DNA of 35,944 nt, from positions 29,748,215-29,784,158 of the forward strand of contig NC_068981.1 in NCBI RefSeq assembly GCF_001194135.2. Direction: 5' to 3'. Positions within the stretch are counted from its first letter, which is position 1; each line of letters starts with the position of its first letter. The DNA is from Octopus bimaculoides (Eukaryota). Of this stretch, positions 11,530-22,889 are shown piece after piece. The notes beneath the pieces are model-generated. The model was not told where the DNA came from, did no database searches, and saw only the letters and a list, made by a program, of their open reading frames with translations. Position numbers and translations under genes: made by a program.

Positions 11530-11704
11530 CAGTGCCCCGCAACCTTTTTTCATTTATATACTTTTGAAAATTCGGCGGCACACCTGAACTAAAAATATAA
11601 CTAAAAGTATAGGGGAAAAAATTATACCCAGGTTACACTGCGGCACACCTAGCATCGTCTCGTGGGATACTAATGTGTCCTGGCATACTGGTTGCGGAGC
11701 AATG
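11530..11704. mobile_element. 175-bp hAT-superfamily MITE with 15-bp TIRs and 8-bp TSD
   Basis: The left TIR cagtgccccgcaacc (11530-11544) matches the reverse complement of the right TIR, cattgctccgcaacc (11690-11704), at 13/15 positions. The identical 8-mer ctctatgc lies on both flanks (11522-11529, 11705-11712). The internal motif gcggcacacct is repeated (11575-11585, 11640-11650). Confidence 0.92.
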
Positions 11705-11940
11705 CTCTATGCCAAGGTTTTGGTATGATTTATTCACTCTATGGATTGCGTGTATATGTGTCAAGTACTCATGCACTAACTTCTTAGTATATAGTATCTA
11801 TCTCTCTATCGATAAGTTTGGCCATATATTTATCGATATATATGTAGCATACGCATGCATTGTTCTGTTAATATGATCATTCCAGAAATCACCATTGAAG
11901 AATCGTTGAAATGTGAATATCTTTCCTGAAAATATTAATA

Positions 11941-12392
11941 TATGTATGTATGTATATATGTATGTATCTATGTATGTATGTATTATGAATGTATGTATTG
12001 TGTATGTATGTATTATGTATGTATGTATTATGTATGTATGTATGTATGTATGTGTGCGTGTGTATGTATTTATGTATGTATGTATGTATGTATATATGTG
12101 TGCGTGTGTGTATTTATGTATGTATGTATCTATTTATGTATGCCTTGTATGTATGTATGTATGTATGCTTTTATGTATGTATGTATGCTTGTATGTATGT
12201 ATGTATGTATGTATGTATGCATGCATGCTTGCATGTATGTATGTTTGTATGCTTTTATGTATGTATGCATGCATGTATGCATGCATGCATGTATGTATGT
12301 ATGTATGTATGTTTGCATGTGTGTATGCACATGTGTGTATGTACATGTGTGTATATGTGTTACTGGATGGATGGATGGATGGATGGATGGAA
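11941..12392. repeat. Degenerate (TATG)n array ending in (GATG)n
   Basis: Direct reading. Confidence 0.95.
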
Positions 12393-12533
12393 TGACGGAC
12401 AGATGGACATACTTATATGCAACGGTCAACAAGTTGAATACATGCTTTTGCATATTTCATTTATTCGACCGCAGCGATCTACTTAATCATTTCGAATCTG
12501 TTGATTGCTAACGATCCATTAAGTACTATAGAT

Positions 12534-12542
12534 ATCATCATT

Positions 12543-12589
<47 letters not shown>

Positions 12590-12800
12590 AATCATCATCA
12601 TCCTTGTCGCAGTCGTCGCCGTCATCGTCGTCGTCGTCAACATCAACACCATCATCTTCATCACTAACATTGCCACCACTACCAAACATCCCCAACACGA
12701 CCACAACCACAATAATCACCATCACCATCAACATCAACATCGTCATCATCATCATCATTATTGTCATCATCTTTATCTTCATCATCATCATCATTAGTCA
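12534..12800. repeat. (ATC)n and derived trinucleotide array
   Basis: Direct reading. The poly-I, poly-H, poly-D and poly-M ORFs here are artefacts. Confidence 0.95.
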
Positions 12801-12959
12801 CCAACATTATCAACTCCGTCCCCATCGCAACCGCAATCATAGATATACACATCGTAAACATCATGAGTGCCAAAATCACATTCGTTGTCATCGTTATTTA
12901 ACCATCATCAACAGAGTGAGAGAAAAAGAGAGAACTCATTCCTACGAATTCTCATATCG

Positions 12960-12998
<39 letters not shown>

Positions 12999-13397
12999 CA
13001 CGCAATGATTTTGCAGATACTATACTAATTGGCAGAAATAGACAAAGAACTAGGGTGTAGCAGGTGTATTATGTATCTAAGATGATAACAGCGAACAACA
13101 GAATGAATATGCCTTTTAGCAGAACTGTGATATGGCATTGATTCTTTCTCAATGCCATCAGATCAAAAGAAATATTTTGGTTTAGCCGTTCAGTGCTAAT
13201 TATGTGATACACACACAAACACACACACAAACATACACACGTATGTATACACACGTATGTATACACACATGTATTTATTATGTATGCGTGTATTTGCATG
13301 TATGTGTACACACATATGTACAAGCATACAAGTCTATGTAAAAGAGTATAAGATGATTTATTAGAGAATGGACAAATATGAAAATACTGTACATATA

Positions 13398-14137
13398 TAC
13401 GGTGCCATGAGTAAATTGTCACCATTTGATACGTTTAATTTCGCGCATGCGCATTGTTCGCTTTTGATTTTGACGACAACACCGTATAGTAGGATCAGTT
13501 GGGCACCGTTTGTGAGAAAAACAGCACCATGACGCAATTCACTCTGTCAGAAATTTGTAAACGACATGCTGTACTCTTTGGTATTCGCGCTGGAAGCTCC
13601 GACACGAACAGACGGTGAACACACGGGACAACTGTTGGTTTGCTGTGACCTCAAAGCATGCACCAAGAATGATAAAAATCAAACATCCAATCAACATCAT
13701 GGTGTTTGGAGTGATCATTAGTGATGGCAACGTTATGCCCCCTTCATCTTCCCACACAGCCTCACACTCAACACGGTGGCCTACATCAAGCGCCTGAAGG
13801 AGGTAGTGCTGCCCTGGGTCAAGAGGGTGGCTGCTGGAAGACCATATGTCTGGCAACAGGATTCTGCATCATACCACACAAGCAGGAGAACCCATTCATG
13901 GCTGTCAGACAATTTCAGCGACCACATCACCCCTAATATCTGGCCACCTAACTCCCCAGACTGCAACTCGCTTGATTATTATATGTGGGGCGCAATTGAG
14001 TGAGAGACCAGCAAAACTCTTTGCAACACCAAAGTTGAACTGGAGGCAACGATAATGGTAAATATATCTGATGAAATGAAATGGCAGTGTTATTTTCATT
14101 TTTGTGTAATTTAGACGAGTTTATTCACCGCACCCTG
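13398..14137 (+). mobile_element. DD37D (maT-type) Tc1/mariner element, internally deleted, both TIRs retained
   Basis: The reverse complement of the right TIR, cagggtgcggtgaataaactcgtc, matches the left tacggtgccatgagtaaattgtc at about 17/24, with TA on both flanks. An ATG at 13529 gives MTQFTLSEICKRHAVLFGIRAGSSDTN, fused directly to VNTRDNCWFA...KHPINIMVFGVIISDG...(frameshift)...AYIKRLKEVVLPWV...YVWQQDSASYHTS...WPPNSPDCNSLDY. There are 37 residues between QQD and LD. The first catalytic D (DE motif) is absent. Confidence 0.92.
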
Positions 14138-14253
14138 TACATATATATATAATAAATGAAGGGGATATATATAATAAGAGAAGAGTACAGTATGTGGTAT
14201 TACATTTATTGACTGGTTTACAACTGTTTCAGCGACCTGCAGATGATCAATGA

Positions 14254-14296
<43 letters not shown>

Positions 14297-14820
14297 NNNN
14301 NNNNNNNNNNNNNNNNNNNNNNNNNNNNNNNNNNNNNNNNNNNNNNNNNNNNNNNNNNNNNNNNNNNNNNNNNNNNNNNNNNNNNNNNNNNNNNNNNNNN
14401 NNNNNNNNNNNNNNNNNNNNNNNNNNNNNNNNNNNNNNNNNNNNNNNNNNNNNNNNNNNNNNNNNNNNNNNNNNNNNNNNNNNNNNNNNNNNNNNNNNNN
14501 NNNNNNNNNNNNNNNNNNNNNNNNNNNNNNNNNNNNNNNNNNNNNNNNNNNNNNNNNNNNNNNNNNNNNNNNNNNNNNNNNNNNNNNNNNNNNNNNNNNN
14601 NNNNNNNNNNNNNNNNNNNNNNNNNNNNNNNNNNNNNNNNNNNNNNNNNNNNNNNNNNNNNNNNNNNNNNNNNNNNNNNNNNNNNNNNNNNNNNNNNNNN
14701 NNNNNNNNNNNNNNNNNNNNNNNNNNNNNNNNNNNNNNNNNNNNNNNNNNNNNNNNNNNNNNNNNNNNNNNNNNNNNNNNNNNNNNNNNNNNNNNNNNNA
14801 TATATATATATATATATATA

Positions 14821-14880
14821 CAGGCGCAGGCGTGGCTGGGTAGTAAGAAGCTTGCTTCCCAACTACATGGTTCCGGGCCA
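14821..14880 (+). mobile_element. SINE family A head only (5' fragment)
   Basis: ggcgcaggcgtggctgggtagtaagaagcttgcttcccaactacatggttccggg closely matches the head of the full copy at 18826-18760 (-). Confidence 0.85.
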
Positions 14881-14960
14881 CAGCTCTTGTAGACATGACT
14901 GACATTTTACCATTATGCCATAGTAATCCTTCAAATTTCTCTAAGGTAGATGTCTGTCTT

Positions 14961-15320
14961 GAGCCAATTACAAACAAAAATTATTCCACCTCCTCTCCAA
15001 AGTTTATAAATTCATATGGCGTCAACGACATACAATTCTTGCTGGCAAGAATAAATTTTCTAAAATCGAAACAGTAATTTGAAGGATGGCATCGGTACAA
15101 TACTAGATCGCCCGTCAAATCTAAAGGGGATATGGTTTTACGTCCCACGGACAACTTTAAATTTTTTTCCTTTTCAAAACAGCTTTTCAACCAAATAGTT
15201 ACATGCTATTAGTAATATAGTTTTATATGTATTTCATGAACCAATTGCATAAACGAATTATTCTACGTCCTCTCGAAAATTTATAAATTCTCATAACGTC
15301 AACAACATATATGTCTTTGT
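14961..15320 (+). repeat. Degenerate direct repeat of about 80 bp (14961-15040 and 15238-15320)
   Basis: ccaattacaaacaaaaattattccacctcctctccaaagtttataaattcatatggcgtcaacgacata versus ccaattgcataaacgaattattctacgtcctctcgaaaatttataaattctcataacgtcaacaacata; period about 277 bp. Confidence 0.75.
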
Positions 15321-15496
15321 GTAATATTTTGACTAACAATCTACGTACTATAGGGCTGCTGGACCAAAGCTGAGCTGAGATTCATACATAAACAACACCA
15401 GCTACTTTCTGGACCAATGAAACTAGGAATCGCACATAATCTATTGGACCAGTACCTACGTTCAAAACACCACAGTGTTCAATTAGTGCTTCTTTT

Positions 15497-15586
15497 TTTT
15501 GATTCATGGAAACGATAAAAGGCAAATTCGACCTCGGTGGAATGTGAACTCAGGACGTAAAGACGAATGAAACATCGCTGAGCATT
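15497..15586 (-). mobile_element. SINE family B internal fragment
   Basis: aaaaggcaaattcgacctcggtggaatgtgaactcaggacgtaaagacg...gctgagcatt is the reverse complement of the family B head and middle. Confidence 0.85.
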
Positions 15587-15823
15587 TCTTCTTTCTTTTA
15601 TTGACCACAAGGGGCTAAACATAGAGGGGACAAACAAGGACAGACAAAAGGATTAAGCCGATTACATCTACCCTAGTGCGTAAATGGTACTTAACTTATC
15701 GACCCCGAAAGGATGAAAAGCAAAGTCGACCTCGGCGGAATTCGAACTCAAAACGTAAAGACGAATATAATGTCGGTGAGCATTTCGCCAGGCATGCTAA
15801 CTATTCTGCCAGCTCACCGCCTT
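15587..15823 (-). mobile_element. SINE family B, full length with alternative tail
   Basis: The reverse complement reads aggcggtgagctggcagaatagttagcatgcc...gagttcgaattccgccgaggtcgactttgcttttcatcctttcggggtcgataagttaagtacc...cttaatccttttgtctgtccttgtttgtcccctctatgtttagccccttgtgg. Confidence 0.92.
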
Positions 15824-16085
15824 CTGCCGTCTCAGTATTAATCCCGGATTTACATAAAACAACATCGTTAGAGAGCCGACAATACTATACATTACCAAGG
15901 CAACTTCAACGACGGTAACACCGATAAGAATTTTTATTTCTGATGCTGACACACATCTAGACATTCTTGGAAAAGATATATTTGATTGGAACGACCATAC
16001 TACTTAACTGTTGGTTATTACTTTTATTGATTATAGAAAGTTTACATCGGTGAGAATTGAATCCTATACGTAACGAAACATGAGC

Positions 16086-16304
16086 AAATATTGATTCGAA
16101 ATTTTGATAGATGGATAGCAATTTCGGGGGAGTGAAGTTACTCGATTACATCGACCCCAATACTCAACTAGTACCTATTTTATCGACTCCTAAAGGATGA
16201 AAGGCAGAGTTAACCTCGGCGGAATTAGAACTCAGAACATGAAGACGAAAGAAATGCCGCCAAGCATTTCGCCCAGAGTGCTAACGATTCTGCTAGCTCG
16301 ACTC
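16086..16304 (-). mobile_element. SINE family B, full length
   Basis: The reverse complement reads cgagctagcagaatcgttagcactc...ctgagttctaattccgccgaggttaactctgcctttcatcctttaggagtcgataaaataggtactag...tggggtcgatgtaatcgag...aaattgc...aatcaatattt. Confidence 0.9.
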
Positions 16305-16679
16305 TTTAACATAAACCAATAACGCGAATCATTTTCATACACTATCAAGGCTAACCAGTGATTTTTTTTTTTTTTTTTTTTCTATAGCATCAATACTTGT
16401 GTCGGTTTTCATGTAAGGTTAGAGGAAATTTCTTCATAAATAGTTTTGCCGTAGGGAAATTCGCCGTCAGAAATTTCGGTTTTAAATAACTTCATCACGT
16501 TTTTTTTTCTTTTTTTTTTTAATGTTTGACGTTGAATAATTAATGATTTAACGATTTTATAAAAAGCCTTTTATCATTCCTTTTTATTAAACAAACAAAA
16601 AAAATGTTCATATAATACGCTTTATCATTGTCCATACGGCAGATTTGTATAAACGGCGAATGTTCCGGACACGGTCATG

Positions 16680-16707
16680 CAGTAGTAGTAGTAGTCGTAG
16701 TAGTAGT

Positions 16708-16745
<38 letters not shown>

Positions 16746-16789
16746 TAGTAGTAGCAGCAGCAGCAGTAGTAGTAGTAGTAGTAGTAGTT

Positions 16790-16854
<65 letters not shown>

Positions 16855-16925
16855 TATTGTTTTTGCTGTTGCTGCTGATGATGATGATGATAATGATGAT
16901 GATGATGATGATGATGGTGATGATG
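16680..16925. repeat. Compound (AGT)n/(AGC)n/(GAT)n trinucleotide array
   Basis: Direct reading. Confidence 0.95.
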
Positions 16926-17049
16926 CTGTTGTCGTGTAGCTGGTGGCAGTATCGTAGTGGTGGTGGTGTTGGGGTGGTTCCAGAGGGGGAAACAATTAGC
17001 TAACTGCCAGATAAGAATAACCGAGAAAATACTTGCAGACATGAAATAT

Positions 17050-17240
17050 CTGTTTCTTTCATAGGCACAAGGCCAGAAATATGGTTGTTGTAGACTATAC
17101 CGTCCCCAGTATTTGGCTTGTAGCTTATTTTAGCAAGAATATAACAAAACGTTTACATCGGCGGGATTTGAACTCAGAAGCTAAAGAGATAGAAGAAGCA
17201 GCGAAAGGAATTTGTCCGACGCTCCAACGATTCCGTCATA
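17050..17240 (-). mobile_element. Highly diverged SINE family B copy
   Basis: ggcacaaggccagaaat...ccccagta...ggcgggatttgaactcagaa...ctccaacgattc retains the reverse-complement tail, the B box and the head. Confidence 0.65.
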
Positions 17241-18004
17241 CGAATAATGAAACGACGAAAATAGCAGCAACAAGAATAAGAACAACAATATAATGTAAAG
17301 AATGTGCGTATATATTTTAGTATAGGTGTGCGTGCATGCGTGCGTGTACGTGCGTGCGTATGCGCATGTGCTGAATCGTGTTCATGTGAATGTGTTGCTT
17401 TCTACAAATATGTGTGTATACGTGTCTGTATATGCGTGTAAATAAATGTATGTCTTTATTTCCCCTATTTTTGCTCCTTTATTTAAAAAAAAACATGATC
17501 TCGATATATTCGGCAGCTGCTGATCCTCTTCAGAATTGTTCTGTATGTCTTTTTTTCTTTTTCATTTTTTTTTTTTTTTTTACAATATATCTCAAGGTTG
17601 AATAATGTTGAATAACAAAAAAAAAACATAGTTGTCGTAAGCATGCACCAATATGAATTTATATCATTCATTCACCATTACTTTACTACTCACACTTTCT
17701 TTCACATACACATTGCTTACTTTTTTCATTCGTCTTTTACTTTCTAATCCATTCTTTCCTTCTTACATTATTGTACCCACTCACCTTATCGTTCTTTCTC
17801 ACCTATTCTTTGGTTCTTTACTCCATATTTCATTATCTGTTGTCTATTTACTCTCTCGTTCTTTCTCCTCCTCCACCTCCTCTCTCACTCTCTCTCTCTC
17901 TACCTCTATGTCAGATTTGCTTTCTCTCTCAAATTTCCTTAACTCTCTACTTCTCTGTCTGTCTATCTCTTGCATTACCCTCTATATACACATACATTTC
18001 ATAC

Positions 18005-18005
<1 letters not shown>

Positions 18006-18097
<92 letters not shown>
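18006..18097. repeat. (CA)n microsatellite
   Basis: Direct reading. Confidence 0.98.
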
Positions 18098-18099
<2 letters not shown>

Positions 18100-18304
18100 A
18101 TGTGCGTTTATGCACATTGACTTCACACATGAAATTACGCATATAATAGGACCTCTGCACCGAAGGGGTCTTTCTTCATGCATATAAAATCTCAGGGCCT
18201 ATTTCAGTCTGGAATATATTTTCACAAACTGTAGAGTTACATTTTCAAAGTAAAGAAGAGCAACTAGACACAGTTTCGTACCGAATTACACAAATATACA
18301 TATA

Positions 18305-18450
18305 GGCACAGGCTTGACTGTGCGGTTAAGAAACTCTCGTTGTAATTAGATGGTTTCTGAGTGAATTTGGCATCAGGGAACTGTGTAAAAGCCCGTCGTA
18401 TATACATATATATATATATATATATAAATATATATATATACACACACACA
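18305..18450 (+). mobile_element. SINE family A 5' half with internal deletion, ending in the microsatellite
   Basis: ggcacaggcttgactgtgcggttaagaa...gagtgaatttggc...aactg...aagcccgtcgtatata matches the family A head and the pre-microsatellite segment. Confidence 0.7.
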
Positions 18451-18451
18451 C

Positions 18452-18826
18452 TCTTCTTCTTTTATATGTTTTAGTCATTTGATTGCAGCCATGTTGGAGC
18501 ACCGCCTTTAGTCGAGCAAATTGACTCCAGGACATATTCTTTGTAAGCCTAGTACTAACTCTATCGGTCTCTTTTGTCAAACGCTACAGTTACGGAGACG
18601 TAAACATACCAACATCGCTTTTCAAAGATGTGGAGGAACCGTCACTGACACACAAATACATTATATATATATATATATATGTATACATGACAGGCTTCTT
18701 TCAGTTTCTGCTTACTAAATCCGAGGCTATAGTAGAAGACAGTCGGCCAAGGTGACACGCAGTGGGACTGAACCTGGAACCATGTAGTTGGGAAGCAAGC
18801 TTCTTACCACACACCAACTCCTGCCC
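18452..18826 (-). mobile_element. SINE family A, most complete copy (head, core, internal microsatellite, tail)
   Basis: The reverse complement starts gggcaggagttggtgtgtggtaagaagcttgcttcccaactacatggttccaggttcagtcccactgcgtgtcaccttgg. It has an A-box-like segment at 18804-18816 and a B-box-like ggttcagtccc at 18764-18774. Then come aaactgaaagaagcctgtc, (TA)n and the conserved 3' half ending ggcggtgctccaacatggctgcaatcaaatgactaaaac. Confidence 0.92.
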
Positions 18827-18828
18827 TC

Positions 18829-18958
<130 letters not shown>

Positions 18959-18959
18959 T

Positions 18960-19150
18960 GTGAAGGTGTCTTTGCATTCGTTTACATCTCCGCAACTTAG
19001 TGGTTTAGTAAAAGAGGTCAATAGAATAAATACCAGTCTGGTAACGAAATGCATACTGTGGATGATTTTTTTCAGCTAAAAGCCTTTCAAGGTGGTGCTC
19101 CGACTTGGTCACAGTTCACTGAATGAAACAAGTGAAAGATAAAGATAAAT
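18960..19150 (+). mobile_element. SINE family A-related 3' half (variant subfamily)
   Basis: gtttacatctccgcaacttagtggtttagtaaaagag...aatagaataaatacc...caaggtggtgctcc...tgaatgaaacaagtgaaagataaagataa. Confidence 0.8.
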
Positions 19151-19804
19151 TCAGCGTAAATTACCAAATGACACAAATGAGTAAAATCAGCGCCCGGTAT
19201 TCATACCATTTTTTTAATGACGAACTCAATGTTTCAGTTCGTTAAACAGAAAATTCGAGATATGAAGCTTGTGCAGGCATAATATTGACTTCCTACTGAA
19301 TAAAAACAAGCTACAAAAGAAGTATTTCTTCCTACCATCACCCACACGGATCTTTACCAAAAAACACGAGGCAACAAAGAAATAGCACTTCCGCTCTGCA
19401 ATAACATAAAGATAATCTGAGTATCACAGCCACGCTCTCTGATGACATTATAAACCTCTTGCAGACAACTACGGATATCTTTCTACCTACATCTTTCTAC
19501 AACTCTTAGTGCTATGCTTTCTGATCACAATCAACATTCGACCATTCGATACTTGATTCCTCTCTTCCTCTCAAACCGAATCATTCGAGACTTCATTCTT
19601 CTATCGTGTGAACTCCCAACGAAGATATTTTGAGAACTGAAGGAAAACAGGAGAAAAATGTATGGATGAAGTTTTTAAGGTTTAAGAGTCAAATTAAGGA
19701 AGTGCAATAATAATATTTAGCAGTCCAAAACTGTGAGTAGTGAAATGTAAAATAAGGTCGGCTGATCGTGAGAATCAAATATTGATCACTTCGCTAAAAT
19801 CTGA

Positions 19805-20328
19805 AGGCGGTATGGGTTATTTCCCTTGGGTTGTGTAAATAAGATATTAGTAATATGTTGTAGATAGAAGGATCCATTGGAAGGGTCCTATTATCGATTT
19901 TTTTTTCAACAATCTAAGTATCTCGAGGTTTCCAGACATGAGTTCTATACACGTGTCAAATAGAGTATAAAAGTGATATTGTCTGCAAAAATTAGAAATA
20001 GGACACACAAAAAATCAAAATTCAAAGTAATCGTAGATAAACAATGAAATTGATTATTTCCCTTGAATGTTTAAAAAATATTGTACAGGTTCTATGGGCT
20101 ATTTCCCATGGGTGTTTAAATAAAAAAAAATAGTTATATGAAGTAGATATAAAGATCCCTTCCAGGGTCCGTATTATCAATTTTTTTCAGCAATCTAAGT
20201 ATGTCACGACGTTTCCAGACATGAGTTTTACTCACGTGTCAAGTTTCATCAGAATCGATAAAACGATGTAGGAGGAGTTAGATAACAACGCCACAAACAA
20301 ACACACACCGGTTTTCCACTTATGTAGT

Positions 20329-20331
<3 letters not shown>
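19805..20331 (-). mobile_element. Helitron-like non-autonomous element with internal duplication
   Basis: The minus strand begins A|TC tactacataag at 20331. The terminal block tgtcaagtttcatcagaatcg...gagtta...acaaacaaacacacac resembles the ends of 26027-26306 and 26619-26804. An internal unit of about 150 bp is repeated at 19811-19959 and 20093-20242. The CTAG end was not found, so the left boundary is approximate. Confidence 0.55.
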
Positions 20332-20368
<37 letters not shown>

Positions 20369-21169
20369 CATTTTGGGATTTGGTTTTCAAGATTCTTTAT
20401 GTGAGTTCATGTTTTGAAGCATATTCTGCTGTGTCTAGGGAGAGTTATTCTATTTTGGTGACTTATAATTTAACACACTCAACACACTCACCGGTAAAAT
20501 TTCCACTTATTTCTTTTTTATTTTNNNNNNNNNNNNNNNNNNNNNNNNNNNNNNNNNNNNNNNNNNNNNNNNNNNNNNNNNNNNNNNNNNNNNNNNNNNN
20601 NNNNNNNNNNNNNNNNNNNNNNNNNNNNNNNNNNNNNNNNNNNNNNNNNNNNNNNNNNNNNNNNNNNNNNNNNNNNNNNNNNNNNNNNNNNNNNNNNNNN
20701 NNNNNNNNNNNNNNNNNNNNNNNNNNNNNNNNNNNNNNNNNNNNNNNNNNNNNNNNNNNNNNNNNNNNNNNNNNNNNNNNNNNNNNNNNNNNNNNNNNNN
20801 NNNNNNNNNNNNNNNNNNNNNNNNNNNNNNNNNNNNNNNNNNNNNNNNNNNNNNNNNNNNNNNNNNNNNNNNNNNNNNNNNNNNNNNNNNNNNNNNNNNN
20901 NNNNNNNNNNNNNNNNNNNNNNNNNNNNNNNNNNNNNNNNNNNNNNNNNNNNNNNNNNNNNNNNNNNNNNNNNNNNNNNNNNNATATATATATATATATG
21001 TATGTATATATATTCGTTTTATGTTTAGTTTTTCCCAGTTTGTTTTAAACATGGGAACATTCCCTCAAATACACAACAAAATAGGCACGTGCACATACGT
21101 AGGCACGTATAATTTTATACACACACGCATACACACACAAGCACACACTATATATATATGACAAGAAAG

Positions 21170-21215
21170 CGAGAGAGAGAGAGAGAGAGATGGAAATAGA
21201 TAGCTAGATAGAAAG

Positions 21216-21284
<69 letters not shown>
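21170..21284. repeat. (GA)n/(TAGA)n microsatellite
   Basis: Direct reading. Confidence 0.95.
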
Positions 21285-21649
21285 TGCAGAGAAACCACTT
21301 ATTACCTAAACAGGATTGCTACACAACCAGCAACGCACCTCTCTTCCACCTGTATAAGCCTTTTGCCTTTGTATTGTTTGCCTTATTTTTTTAGACATAA
21401 GACAAAATACACCGAAATATATGACATCTTTATCTCTTCTACGTCTATCTGACTAGCTTATCTCAATATTTTTTCGTTCTATATAAAACTGTAGAATACT
21501 TTTAGCCATATAACTGTCTAGCTGATAATTTGATGAATTCAAATTTCAACGAGAGAAGTCTGCACCTGACATTGCATGGATCGATTGAGGAGTGTTCGTT
21601 TAACTCGAGTTTTTCTGTTTGTTGTTACCATTCTTGTGCTATGTCTGTT

Positions 21650-21707
21650 ATTTTTGTTATTATTATTATTATCATTATTATTATTGCTATTACTATCATT
21701 GTTATTA

Positions 21708-21786
<79 letters not shown>

Positions 21787-21797
21787 CAGCATTATTA

Positions 21798-21858
<61 letters not shown>

Positions 21859-21866
21859 CATTACTA
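21650..21866. repeat. (TAT)n trinucleotide array
   Basis: Direct reading. Confidence 0.97.
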
Positions 21867-22220
21867 TTTTGGTTTCTGTGAGTTCTATTGTGAAAAACGT
21901 GTGCGTGTTTTGAGAATATGTATGTCTATATACATGCATCTATATATGTATGCACATATGTATGTGTGCATGTGTTTTGTGTCTGAGTGTGCGTGTGTGT
22001 TTGTGTGCTCGCGCGTGCGTGTGTGTATGTGTTTATATCTCTGCACGGATGTATGATTATGATATACAACAGAAAAATCATGCTACGTTGTTCTACATTA
22101 TATACATATGTTTTCACAAATGTGTATATATATAGCTATATACATATATACATATATATACATATACATATAGATATATATACATATGTGTGTGTGTGTG
22201 TGCGTGTACATATATGTACT

Positions 22221-22280
<60 letters not shown>

Positions 22281-22529
22281 CATGTATATATTATGTTCAA
22301 CATACATGTAAATATATACATATAACGTAGACGTATTAGCACAAGCTTATGCACACAACCACACACTCATATAAACACACATATACCCCACACCCCCACA
22401 CACACTCATGCACACACACATAAACCTACGCATATATGTGTGCATCAGTGTGCATGGTAGTATAGATTTACGAATATATATACATACATATCTATCTATA
22501 TATACACACACACACACACATATATATAC

Positions 22530-22612
<83 letters not shown>

Positions 22613-22834
22613 NNNNNNNNNNNNNNNNNNNNNNNNNNNNNNNNNNNNNNNNNNNNNNNNNNNNNNNNNNNNNNNNNNNNNNNNNNNNNNNNNNNNNNNN
22701 NNNNNNNNNNNNNNNNNNNNNNNNNNNNNNNNNNNNNNNNNNNNNNNNNNNNNNNNNNNNNNNNNNNNNNNNNNNNNNNNNNNNNNNNNNNNNNNNNNNA
22801 TATATATTTATATATTTATATATATATATATATA

Positions 22835-22889
<55 letters not shown>

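Noticed and set aside
11913-13008. Met/Tyr/Val/Cys-rich and poly-His, poly-Ile or poly-Asp ORFs
   Set aside because: These are translations of (TATG)n and (ATC)n arrays, open in several frames on both strands as expected for stop-free repeats.
15860-16000. Short frame NNIVREPTILYITKATSTTVTPIRIFISDADTHLDILGKDIFDW, faintly like an APE endonuclease segment
   Set aside because: The similarity is limited to VREPT and no other conserved motifs are present.
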